DNA of 64,000 bases, taken from contig CALVKF010000001.1 in the NCBI GenBank assembly GCA_944332555.1, positions 38,452 through 102,451 on the forward strand, given 5' to 3'. The notes beneath the pieces are model-generated. The model saw nothing but the letters and a program-made list of their open reading frames with translations. It was not told the origin of the DNA and did not search any database. Shown piece by piece: positions 9,423-17,692 of this stretch (positions are counted from its first letter, which is position 1; the number at the start of each line of letters is the position of its first letter). A program made the translations under genes and the position numbers. Source of the stretch: an uncultured Bacilli bacterium (lineage in GTDB: Bacteria > Bacillota_I > Bacilli_A > RF39 > UBA660).

Positions 9423-9713
9423 TTACACCACCTTTGGTACAACTATTTCTCTATCTTCTGTATTATCACAATTAGCTAGTATTTCTTCAATTGGTACAGA
9501 TTCTTCTGCTGTATCTTCTCTAAGTATTATTTCTGTATCATCTAGGGCATGAGTCATTGGTTCAACATTTTCAATATTCTTCATATTAGCAATAACTTGC
9601 ATAGATTTATCAATTAACTCAAATTCTCTTAAAACCAAATCATTTTCTTCTTTACTTAAACCAATGAGTAATTTATTAGCTAATTCATCAACTAATTCAC
9701 TTGTAAATTTCAT
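9423..9713 (-). CDS. gatC: Asp-tRNA(Asn)/Glu-tRNA(Gln) amidotransferase subunit C
   Basis: The ORF is 96 aa and lies immediately upstream of gatA. The sequence MKFTSELVDELANKLLIGLSKEENDLVLREFE is GatC-like. Confidence 0.85.
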   Translation of the reverse strand: MKFTSELVDELANKLLIGLSKEENDLVLREFELIDKSMQVIANMKNIENVEPMTHALDDTEIILREDTAEESVPIEEILANCDNTEDREIVVPKVV

Positions 9714-10242
9714 TTAATACTTCATCTACCCTTTCATAAAACTCTTCGATTGAACCATTATTCACTATGTAATAATCGGCATTAGCAATCGGTTCACATT
9801 TTCTTATATTTTCAGTTTCCGTTAAATCTCTAGTTGCTGCCTCTTCATAAGTAAGTGGTCTATAATCTCTATTTACTAATCTTTCATAACGAATTTGTTT
9901 ATTTACAACTATAGCAATAGTTACAATATTACTAAAATTTTCCTTTAATATTTTTAATTCATCCCAAGAATAAAGGCTTTCCACAACAACATCACTTGAT
10001 TTTATAGCTTCTTTAATTTTCGGAATATTTAAAGTCGCATAAACACCCATGCCACCATCACACCGTAATTTTTCTCGCATCATTCTTTCATTTTCAGGAC
10101 TTACTTCTAAACCACTTTCTTTAAGCTTATCAAAAGTAACTTCCCCAAAATATATTCTTTTGAAATTTTTCTTTTCTAAATAATCACAAAATACTGATTT
10201 ACCAGAACCACACATACCAAGTATTACAATAATTTTATTCAT
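9697..10242 (-). CDS. P-loop NTPase, nucleotide kinase-like (dephospho-CoA kinase/NMP-kinase fold)
   Basis: The Walker A motif is LGMCGSGKS. The protein is 181 aa and overlaps the gatC start by 17 nt. Confidence 0.5.
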   Translation of the reverse strand: MNKIIVILGMCGSGKSVFCDYLEKKNFKRIYFGEVTFDKLKESGLEVSPENERMMREKLRCDGGMGVYATLNIPKIKEAIKSSDVVVESLYSWDELKILKENFSNIVTIAIVVNKQIRYERLVNRDYRPLTYEEAATRDLTETENIRKCEPIANADYYIVNNGSIEEFYERVDEVLNEIYK

Positions 10243-11075
10243 TTATTACCTCGCAATCTTGCTAAATGTCTTGCATTTGCTTCTTCTAATTCTTTTAATT
10301 CACTATTTTTAAATGTTTTTACTTTACCATTTTCTAAAGCAATAACTAATAATATTTTTTGACAATTAGCATTAATGATCATATCTACTAATCGATCAGT
10401 ATTATTACCTAATTTTAAATCCCTTAATTGTTTTTTAGTATAACCTTCTAAAACATCTCTAGCATCAAGTAAGTTTGGTTTAGGAATAACTTCTTCTTTT
10501 ATTGTTTCATAATATTCTATTAAATCATTATTTATTGTTGCTGTTATGGCATTTCCTAAAGAATTATATAATACTTCTAAATTTAAATCTTGAAATTTAG
10601 AAGTATTGACTTTATCTTTTAAAATATAATAACCGCTTTCATAAAATAAAGTATCTGGTAGTTTTTTATCTTCCCAAATTATACCATTTTCGGTAATTAC
10701 TGTATAAGTAAAATCAAGTCGTTCATTTTTAAAATTACAATTACTTAAAATAACTAAATTACTAGATAAAACTTGAACTTTATCATAATGCTTTTTAGAT
10801 ATATTACCTAAATTATCTATTAAATAATATCCATGATTATCTTTAGCTACAAACAATTTACCATTAATAGTATGAATTAAAGTACCAGGAACAACAAATT
10901 CTTCAAAGTTAGGATCTAGTAAGATAGGTTTGTTAAAAGCAACATACATTAATTTTCCTGCCTCACCATATACTTTTGGTAATTTAGATTCATATAATTT
11001 GGCCCTTTCATCAATTAATCCACTATTACTATTTAAAAATAAATAGTTACTTAAATTATCTTTAATCTCTTCCAT
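10239..11075 (-). CDS. Hypothetical protein
   Basis: A 278-aa ORF is tightly packed between asnS and the kinase-like gene. No recognisable motif was seen. Confidence 0.4.
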   Translation of the reverse strand: MEEIKDNLSNYLFLNSNSGLIDERAKLYESKLPKVYGEAGKLMYVAFNKPILLDPNFEEFVVPGTLIHTINGKLFVAKDNHGYYLIDNLGNISKKHYDKVQVLSSNLVILSNCNFKNERLDFTYTVITENGIIWEDKKLPDTLFYESGYYILKDKVNTSKFQDLNLEVLYNSLGNAITATINNDLIEYYETIKEEVIPKPNLLDARDVLEGYTKKQLRDLKLGNNTDRLVDMIINANCQKILLVIALENGKVKTFKNSELKELEEANARHLARLRGNK

Positions 11076-11077
11076 AA

Positions 11078-12448
11078 CTAAAACTCACAATTCCCCGGTG
11101 TTCTATAATATGGAATAACATCTCTAATATTTTCCATACCTGTTAGATACATGACAAGTCGCTCAAAACCTAAACCAAAACCAGAATGAACGACACTACC
11201 ATATTTTCTTAAATTGACATACCAATACATATCATCGATACTCATACCAAGTTCCTTCATTCTACTCACTAGTTTATTATAATTTTCTTCTCTTTGTGAA
11301 CCACCGATTAACTCACCAACACCAGGTAATTCAAGATCTACTGCCCCAACAGTTTTACCATCATCATTTTGCTTCATATAAAATGCTTTAATATCTTTGG
11401 GCCAATTATAAATAAATACTGGACCTCCGAAATGTTCGGTGATATATTTTTCATGTTCTTTAGCTATATCTTCCCCATATTCCGGAGTAAATTCAAATAA
11501 TTCATTAGATTCTTTTAATATTTTAATTACTTCTTCATGAGTTACTCTCACAAACTTGGAATTAACTACTTTTTCTAATTTTGCTTTTAAACCATTTTCG
11601 ACAAATTTATCTAAAAATTCTATTTCAGATGGAGCATTATCTAGAACATATTTAATTATATACTTAAGCATATCTTCTTCAATATCCATTAAGCCAAATA
11701 AATCACAAAAAGCAATTTCTGGTTCAATCATCCAAAATTCTGCCATGTGTGTTTTGGTATTAGAATTTTCCGCTCTAAAAGTTGGACCAAAAGTATAAAC
11801 TTTGGAAAAAGCAAGAGCATAGGTTTCCGCCTCTAACTGGCCAGATACCGTGAGACCAGCAAATTTACCAAAAAAATCTTTACTATAATCGAGCTTGCCA
11901 CTTTTAGCTACCCGCTCTAAATCAAGAGTGGTAACTTGAAACATTTCTCCAGCCCCTTCACAATCACTCGCCGTAATTATTGGAGCATTAAAATAAATAT
12001 AGCCATTATCTCCAAAATATTTATGTATTCCTTGCGCAGCTATTGAACGAATCCGAAAAACCGCTTGAAACATATTAGTACGAGCTCGAAGATAAGCATT
12101 TTCTCTTAAAAACTCTTTTGTATGTCTTTTAGCTTGAATTGGATAATCATCTGGACAACTATCAAGAATTGTAATACTACTTGCTTTTACTTCATATTCT
12201 TGATTACCACTAGATTTAACTAAAGTACCTTCAACACTAATAGATGAACCAACAAGTAATTTAGATATATCTCCAAAATTATTTAAAGTATTATCATAAA
12301 CTATTTGTAAATGATTAAAACAAGTGCCATCAGAAAAATCAACAAACCCAAATTCTTTTTGAGGTCGATGATTTCTAATCCAACCATTTAACTCTACTTC
12401 TTTATTTTCTAAATCTTTAGTATGATCTAATATATATTTTATTTCCAT
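11078..12448 (-). CDS. asnS: Asparaginyl-tRNA synthetase
   Basis: The class II motifs FRAENSNTKTHMAEFWMIEPEIAF and GGSQREE are present. The 456-aa length is typical of AsnS. Confidence 0.85.
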   Translation of the reverse strand: MEIKYILDHTKDLENKEVELNGWIRNHRPQKEFGFVDFSDGTCFNHLQIVYDNTLNNFGDISKLLVGSSISVEGTLVKSSGNQEYEVKASSITILDSCPDDYPIQAKRHTKEFLRENAYLRARTNMFQAVFRIRSIAAQGIHKYFGDNGYIYFNAPIITASDCEGAGEMFQVTTLDLERVAKSGKLDYSKDFFGKFAGLTVSGQLEAETYALAFSKVYTFGPTFRAENSNTKTHMAEFWMIEPEIAFCDLFGLMDIEEDMLKYIIKYVLDNAPSEIEFLDKFVENGLKAKLEKVVNSKFVRVTHEEVIKILKESNELFEFTPEYGEDIAKEHEKYITEHFGGPVFIYNWPKDIKAFYMKQNDDGKTVGAVDLELPGVGELIGGSQREENYNKLVSRMKELGMSIDDMYWYVNLRKYGSVVHSGFGLGFERLVMYLTGMENIRDVIPYYRTPGNCEF

Positions 12449-12450
12449 TT

Positions 12451-12804
12451 TTATCTACCCTTTCCAAACATTTCTAAATCAAGTGGTCCTTCAGCATTTA
12501 ATTTAGAATTAATTACACTATTAAGTAAATTTTCTTCCATCATTTCATATGCTCCATTATGTTCTTCTAGAAACTTACTAAATTTTACAGAAAATTTATT
12601 TAAAAATTCATCAGTATTGCCTTCTTCAATTGCATTAAGCAATAATTGGTCACTCAAGCCATCAGCATGAGTAGCAATAGCATAATTGTATAAATCATTA
12701 AAACGAACATTAATAAGTCTATAAAACTCATTTAAATCTTCAATAGACCGTGGTATTACACCATAAAAATATAACCAATGAAATAATATTTCTCTTTTAT
12801 CCAT
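12451..12804 (-). CDS. Hypothetical protein
   Basis: A 117-aa ORF lies between hisS and asnS. Confidence 0.4.
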   Translation of the reverse strand: MDKREILFHWLYFYGVIPRSIEDLNEFYRLINVRFNDLYNYAIATHADGLSDQLLLNAIEEGNTDEFLNKFSVKFSKFLEEHNGAYEMMEENLLNSVINSKLNAEGPLDLEMFGKGR

Positions 12805-14054
12805 TATATCACTCCTAAAATATAATCCACCACAACTGCTTCATCCACTTTTTCTTCTTCTTTTGTAATATTATCCTTAACAGTAATTAATCCTTTATTT
12901 AAATCGTCATTATTTAAAATAATTAAATATTTAGCTCCAAGATTATCAGCAATTTTAAATTGTGATTTTAAACTTAAATTAGCCCCATTAATTTCCGTTA
13001 TAACATTATTAAGTCTTAAATCTTGGGCGATTTTAATAGCATATATTTTTTCTTCTTCGGAAACACTCATTATATAAACATCAATATTTTCTTCTATCTT
13101 TTTATCACTAATTTTTTCTTTTAATTTAGCAATAATACGTTCTAACCCTAAAGCAAAACCAATGCCAGGAAGAGCAGGTCCTCCAAGATTTTCTACTAAA
13201 GAGTTATAACGACCTCCACCACCAAGAGCTAAATCACCATCTAACTTATATTCCCAAACACATTCATCATAGTAATCAAGTCCCCTTACAATACTCTCAT
13301 CAATTTCATAATCTATTTCTAAATTATCTAAATATGTTTTAAGAGTTTTAAAACGCATTTTTGATTCATCTGATAAATAATCACTAATCTTTGGAGCATT
13401 TTTTAAAATATCAGAATCTTTATCTACTTTACAATCAAGTATTCTTAAAGGATTAGTATTTATTCTATTTTGACAATCTTCACACAACTTGTGAATATGA
13501 GGTTTAAAATAATCAACTAAAGCTTCACTATATTTTTTCCTTGACTGGGCATCTCCCAAAGTATTTAATTTAACTACTACATCATCTAAACCTAAACTAC
13601 TTATTAAATTAAAGCCTAGAGATATAACTTCAGCATCAATTAATGGATCATTGCTATTAAAAACTTCTACTCCAAATTGTGTAAATTCTCTAAATCTACC
13701 AGATTGTGGTCTTTCATAACGATACATTGTTTCATTATAATATAACTTAATTGGATCATTTTTATTACCATATAACTTATTTTCAATAACACTCCTTACA
13801 ACACCAGCGGTGCCTTCTGGTCTTAAAGTAATACTTCTATCTCCCCGGTCAACAAAGTCATATGTTTCTTTTTTTACTATATCTGTTGCATCTCCAACAG
13901 TTCGATGAAATAGTTCTGTTGCCTCAAATACTGGTGTTCTAATATATTCATAATTATAATTAATCATAAATGATTCAATTTCATGATTAATATAATTATT
14001 TATCTTAGCATCTAATCCCATTAAATCATAAGTTCCTTTTGGTTTTGTAATCAT
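12804..14054 (-). CDS. hisS: Histidyl-tRNA synthetase
   Basis: The N-terminus MITKPKGTYDLMG and the class II HisS architecture are present. The RBS is aaaggaag. Confidence 0.9.
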   Translation of the reverse strand: MITKPKGTYDLMGLDAKINNYINHEIESFMINYNYEYIRTPVFEATELFHRTVGDATDIVKKETYDFVDRGDRSITLRPEGTAGVVRSVIENKLYGNKNDPIKLYYNETMYRYERPQSGRFREFTQFGVEVFNSNDPLIDAEVISLGFNLISSLGLDDVVVKLNTLGDAQSRKKYSEALVDYFKPHIHKLCEDCQNRINTNPLRILDCKVDKDSDILKNAPKISDYLSDESKMRFKTLKTYLDNLEIDYEIDESIVRGLDYYDECVWEYKLDGDLALGGGGRYNSLVENLGGPALPGIGFALGLERIIAKLKEKISDKKIEENIDVYIMSVSEEEKIYAIKIAQDLRLNNVITEINGANLSLKSQFKIADNLGAKYLIILNNDDLNKGLITVKDNITKEEEKVDEAVVVDYILGVI

Positions 14055-14094
14055 AATTTCACTTCCTTTTTCTTATCATTTTATTTTAAAATAA

Positions 14095-14118
14095 AAGGCT
14101 AGTCAATTGACTAGCCTT
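14095..14118 (-). terminator. Intrinsic terminator located between the hisS promoter and the hisS start (candidate attenuator)
   Basis: On the minus strand the hairpin is aaggctagtcaattgactagcctt, followed by ttattttaaaataa. Confidence 0.55.
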
Positions 14119-14129
14119 ATCAAATGCAT
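14103..14129 (-). CDS. Candidate 8-codon leader peptide MHLIRLVN running into the terminator stem
   Basis: On the minus strand: AGGTG, then a 6-nt spacer, then ATG CAT TTG ATA AGG CTA GTC AAT TGA. The stop codon lies in the terminator loop. A second SD-ATG copy (AGGAG-cagaa-ATG CTT TAG) sits 50 nt upstream. Confidence 0.25.
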   Translation of the reverse strand: MHLIRLVN

Positions 14130-14200
14130 TTCTGCACCTGTCATAGTATATTGTCTTTCGACAAAATACAATCTAAAGCATTTCTGCTCCTGTACTAATA

Positions 14201-14229
14201 TACTACAACATTATTTTATTCTAGTCAAG
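14201..14229 (-). promoter_or_regulatory. Sigma-A-type promoter for the hisS leader
   Basis: On the minus strand: TTGACT, then a 17-bp spacer, then TAGTAT. Confidence 0.45.
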
Positions 14230-14255
14230 TATTTTTATGCATTTATAACATATTT

Positions 14256-14900
14256 TTAATTCAAATTAGTATACTCCTTTATAATGCAATTATCTATTTT
14301 TTCTATTAATTCATTATTACATTTCAACAATGGCAAATAATCATACTTTTCAAATAATGTTTTATTTATAGATAATTTGCTAATAGTTTTAATATGATCT
14401 ATGCAAGCGTATGAAATAGTATTTTTTCTTTGTGTATAATATTTAATCACTCTTTCAATTTCTTTCTTTTTTTTAGAATCATTTTCTCCTCGGAATTTCG
14501 CTCTCAAACCATTGATTAGGTTTTCATCATATAAAATGTTACCAACATTCACAGATTTTAAATGCTTTTTGGAAGTTAACGGAATAACATGAAGTGTAGG
14601 ATTCATCATAGTATCTCTTTTAGAAATAACAATAGCAAAATGCTCTCCAGAAAATTCACTCCCAATATTAACTCCAAATTTAACTCTAACAATTTCTCCC
14701 CTAAAATATCTCATAAATTTTTTTGGCTTATTCTTTATTTCATATAACAATGTTTGACTTTCATCTAATTTAGAATCTTCAAATTTAGTATATTTATCAC
14801 CGAGATTTTTATCAGATATTTCAATATTGTTTAAATATGCTTTTTTTAATTTTAAATGTTTTTTATTTATAGTCTTATTAGTGCATATTTTTGTACTCAT
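14256..14900 (-). CDS. PemK/MazF-fold domain protein with N- and C-terminal extensions
   Basis: The core RGEIVRVKFGVNIGSEFSGEHFAIVISKRD...PTLHVIPLTSKK matches the MazF/PemK pattern (RGdi..v.f.p..GsE..g.RPavVvS.d......v.vvPlTs). The protein is 214 aa against ~110 aa for canonical toxins. Confidence 0.5.
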   Translation of the reverse strand: MSTKICTNKTINKKHLKLKKAYLNNIEISDKNLGDKYTKFEDSKLDESQTLLYEIKNKPKKFMRYFRGEIVRVKFGVNIGSEFSGEHFAIVISKRDTMMNPTLHVIPLTSKKHLKSVNVGNILYDENLINGLRAKFRGENDSKKKKEIERVIKYYTQRKNTISYACIDHIKTISKLSINKTLFEKYDYLPLLKCNNELIEKIDNCIIKEYTNLN

Positions 14901-15026
14901 ATATTCACTTCCTTTTTCTTACCATTTTATTTTATCACACAAACGCCTAAAAGAAAATGCTTAAATTATTTATTTTTCCTTACATAATTAAAGAAATTGA
15001 TTAATTTAGTTTTAAAACCCATTTAA

Positions 15027-15182
15027 TCAATTCATATTTAATTTTTCTTGTAATTCTTTTATTTTTTCTATTCTTTTATTTATTTCTGTAATTATTTTAT
15101 CAATACTTGTAATATTATATTCATCTTCATCATAGGTAAATTCTAATACTTCGGTATTTTTATTCATTAATATGTATTTCAT
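15027..15182 (-). CDS. Small ORF (51 aa) upstream of the MazF-like gene; candidate antitoxin, but doubtful
   Basis: The translation is MKYILMNKNTEVLEFTYDEDEYNITSIDKIITEINKRIEKIKELQEKLNMN. It was not in the ORF track because it is under 60 aa. It has no clear RBS or DNA-binding motif. Confidence 0.2.
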   Translation of the reverse strand: MKYILMNKNTEVLEFTYDEDEYNITSIDKIITEINKRIEKIKELQEKLNMN

Positions 15183-15213
15183 ATTAAACCTATGGTTTTA
15201 GCGAGTTCAAACA

Positions 15214-15260
15214 TTTTGTTGTGCAATTTTCAGAAGATTTGTTGTGCAACTTTCAGAGAA
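15214..15260. repeat. Tandem 24-bp direct repeat (tttgttgtgcaaNtttcagaRgaN x2)
   Basis: There are two adjacent, near-identical copies. They lie between the aspS terminator and the small ORF. Confidence 0.7.
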
Positions 15261-15261
15261 T

Positions 15262-15290
15262 TTTAAAAAATATCAGATTACTCTGATACT
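15262..15290 (-). terminator. aspS terminator
   Basis: On the minus strand the hairpin is atcagagtaatctgat, followed by attttttaaaa. Confidence 0.5.
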
Positions 15291-16999
15291 TTTATACCTA
15301 ATTCTTTTAATTGAGCATTATCAACAACGCTTGGTGCTTCACACATCAAGTCACTTGCACTGGCAGTTTTTGGAAATGCAATAACATCTCTAATATTATC
15401 AGTTCCCGCTAAGATCATGGTAAGTCTATCCAAGCCAATTGCTAATCCTCCATGTGGTGGTGTACCATATTTTAAAGCATCAACGAAGAAACCAAATTTA
15501 TTTCTTATTTGTTCTTCCGTTAATTCTAATGCTTCAAACATTTTCTCTTGAACTTTCTCATCATGAATACGAATTGAACCACCACCTGCTTCATAACCAT
15601 TAATTACAATATCATAAGCTTTGGAATAACAATGTTCTTTATCATTTATTAGTTTGTCAATATCTTCATCTTTTGGAGCAGTAAATGGATGATGCATAGC
15701 CATAAATCTTCCTTCTTCTTCACTCCATTCAAATGATGGAAAATCAACAACCCATAATAATTTATAATCACCATCTTGAATTAAGTTTAAATCATGTCCT
15801 AGTTTTACTCTTAAAGCTCCAAGAGAAGATTTAACAATATTCTTCTTACCACTTACTATAAATGCTATATCATTATCTTTTAAATCTAATTCTTTAATTA
15901 AATTAGTTCTTTCTTCATCATTAAGTAGTTTAGCAATTGAACCAGTTAATTCCTTATCCATTTTTAAATAAGCAAGTCCTGATGCCTTATAAGTTTTAAC
16001 AAACTCTGTAAGTTTATCAATTTCTTTTCTGGAAAAGTCACTTGCTTTATCATTTACAACAATAGCATTTACTTCTACGCCTTTCATAAACTCAATATTA
16101 GTATTTGAAAATATATTAGTTATATCTTTAATTGGCAAATCAAATCTTAAATCCGGTTTATCTGATCCATAGGTATTTATGGCATCATCCCACTTAATCT
16201 TTATTAGTGGTAACTTAATATCAATACCTTTTACTTCTTTAAATATTTTAGCAATTAGTTTTTCGGTTACATCCATGACTTCATCTTCAGTAACAAAACT
16301 CATTTCCATATCTATTTGCGTAAATTCTGGTTGGCGGTCCGCTCTTAAATCTTCATCTCGAAAACATTTAGTTATTTGAAAATAGCGCATTATGCCTCCG
16401 ATCATAAGAAGTTGTTTAAATATCTGTGGTGATTGAGGTAGTGCATAAAACTTACCCTTGCTTATTCTTGATGGTACTAAATAATCTCTAGCCCCTTCTG
16501 GTGTACTTTTACAAAGCATTGGAGTTTCTACTTCAATAAAACCTAGAGAGTCAAAATAATTTCTGGTAACCATCATTATTTTATGCCTTAAAACCAAATT
16601 TTTATTAATCGCATTTCTTCTTAAATCTAAATAACGATATTTAAGTCTTGTATCTTCTAGGGCTGTTGTATCATCAGTTAAAGCAAAAGGTATTTCTAGT
16701 GATTTATTGAGTAACTTTAAATCACATACTTCAACTTCTATTTCTCCAGTAGGAATATTTTTATTAATATTTTCCCGTTTTACAATCTTCCCCTTAATAC
16801 TTATTACATATTCATTATGCAAAGTGTTTGCTAAATCATAAAAGGGTGATTCTGGTTTAATTACAAGTTGCATAATACCTGATCTATCTCGAAGATCAAT
16901 AAATATAACTCCTCCAAGATTTCTTACCTTGGCAACCCAACCATTTAATGTAACTACATCACCAACATTATTAATATTATAATCTACACTTAATTTCAT
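15278..16999 (-). CDS. aspS: Aspartyl-tRNA synthetase (bacterial type)
   Basis: The start is reassigned to ATG 16999 (MKLSVDYNINNVGDVVTLNGWV) behind GGAGG. The protein is ~573 aa with a class II core. Confidence 0.9.
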   Translation of the reverse strand: MKLSVDYNINNVGDVVTLNGWVAKVRNLGGVIFIDLRDRSGIMQLVIKPESPFYDLANTLHNEYVISIKGKIVKRENINKNIPTGEIEVEVCDLKLLNKSLEIPFALTDDTTALEDTRLKYRYLDLRRNAINKNLVLRHKIMMVTRNYFDSLGFIEVETPMLCKSTPEGARDYLVPSRISKGKFYALPQSPQIFKQLLMIGGIMRYFQITKCFRDEDLRADRQPEFTQIDMEMSFVTEDEVMDVTEKLIAKIFKEVKGIDIKLPLIKIKWDDAINTYGSDKPDLRFDLPIKDITNIFSNTNIEFMKGVEVNAIVVNDKASDFSRKEIDKLTEFVKTYKASGLAYLKMDKELTGSIAKLLNDEERTNLIKELDLKDNDIAFIVSGKKNIVKSSLGALRVKLGHDLNLIQDGDYKLLWVVDFPSFEWSEEEGRFMAMHHPFTAPKDEDIDKLINDKEHCYSKAYDIVINGYEAGGGSIRIHDEKVQEKMFEALELTEEQIRNKFGFFVDALKYGTPPHGGLAIGLDRLTMILAGTDNIRDVIAFPKTASASDLMCEAPSVVDNAQLKELGIKVSE

Positions 17000-17002
17000 A
17001 TA

Positions 17003-17245
17003 TCCTCCTAAACATAAAAAGACCCTATAATATAAGGACGGATTAATCCGCGGTGCCACCTTATTTCATAGAATCTATGCTCTTTAATTTATAACGCAAT
17101 CACACGAATTATTTATAATTTTGCTTATCTTCATTAACATTTAGTTACAAGTTTCCATCACCCACTTGCTTTCTATAAACTTTCTATTAACTACTGGGGC
17201 AAATAAATAATTTACATAATTAATATAACATAATTTTTACCTTAA
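17003..17245 (-). ncRNA. T-box leader upstream of aspS
   Basis: On the minus strand the conserved T-box sequence AAGGTGGCACCGCGG (rc of 17050..17064) is followed by cggattaatccg/gggtcttttt and then the aspS RBS. Confidence 0.55.
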
Positions 17246-17250
17246 ATCAA

Positions 17251-17685
17251 TTACATTTCTAGTATTATTGTTACAGGTCCAGAGTTTGTAATTGAAACTT
17301 CCATATCTGCCCCAAAAACTCCTGGTAAAGACTCAACATATTTATTTAATTCTGCATTAAACTTTTCATATAAAACTATGGCTTTATCACCTTTCATAGC
17401 TTTAATGTATGATGGTCTATTGCCTTTGGTAGCATCCCCATATAAAGTAAACTGCGAAATTGATAGAATTGAACCTCCAACATCCAGAATTGATTTATTC
17501 ATAACACCACCTTCATCATCAAAAATTCTTAAATTAACTATTTTTCTAGCCATATTAGCTATTTTTTCTTCAGTATCCCCTTCCGTAAAACCAACAAGTA
17601 AAACTAGGCCCTTATCTATACTACTCACCAGTTTACCATCAACACTAACACTAGATTTCTTACTTCTTTGAACTACTACTTTCAT
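17251..17685 (-). CDS. dtd: D-aminoacyl-tRNA deacylase
   Basis: The ORF is 144 aa. The N-terminus MKVVVQRS and the motifs SQFTLYGD and NSGPVT are typical of Dtd. Confidence 0.85.
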   Translation of the reverse strand: MKVVVQRSKKSSVSVDGKLVSSIDKGLVLLVGFTEGDTEEKIANMARKIVNLRIFDDEGGVMNKSILDVGGSILSISQFTLYGDATKGNRPSYIKAMKGDKAIVLYEKFNAELNKYVESLPGVFGADMEVSITNSGPVTIILEM

Positions 17686-17692
17686 ACATCAC

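Noticed and set aside
14055-14255. T-box leader for hisS
   Set aside because: There is no GGTGGNACCGCG motif on either strand. The region instead carries the promoter, SD-ATG duplication and terminator described above.
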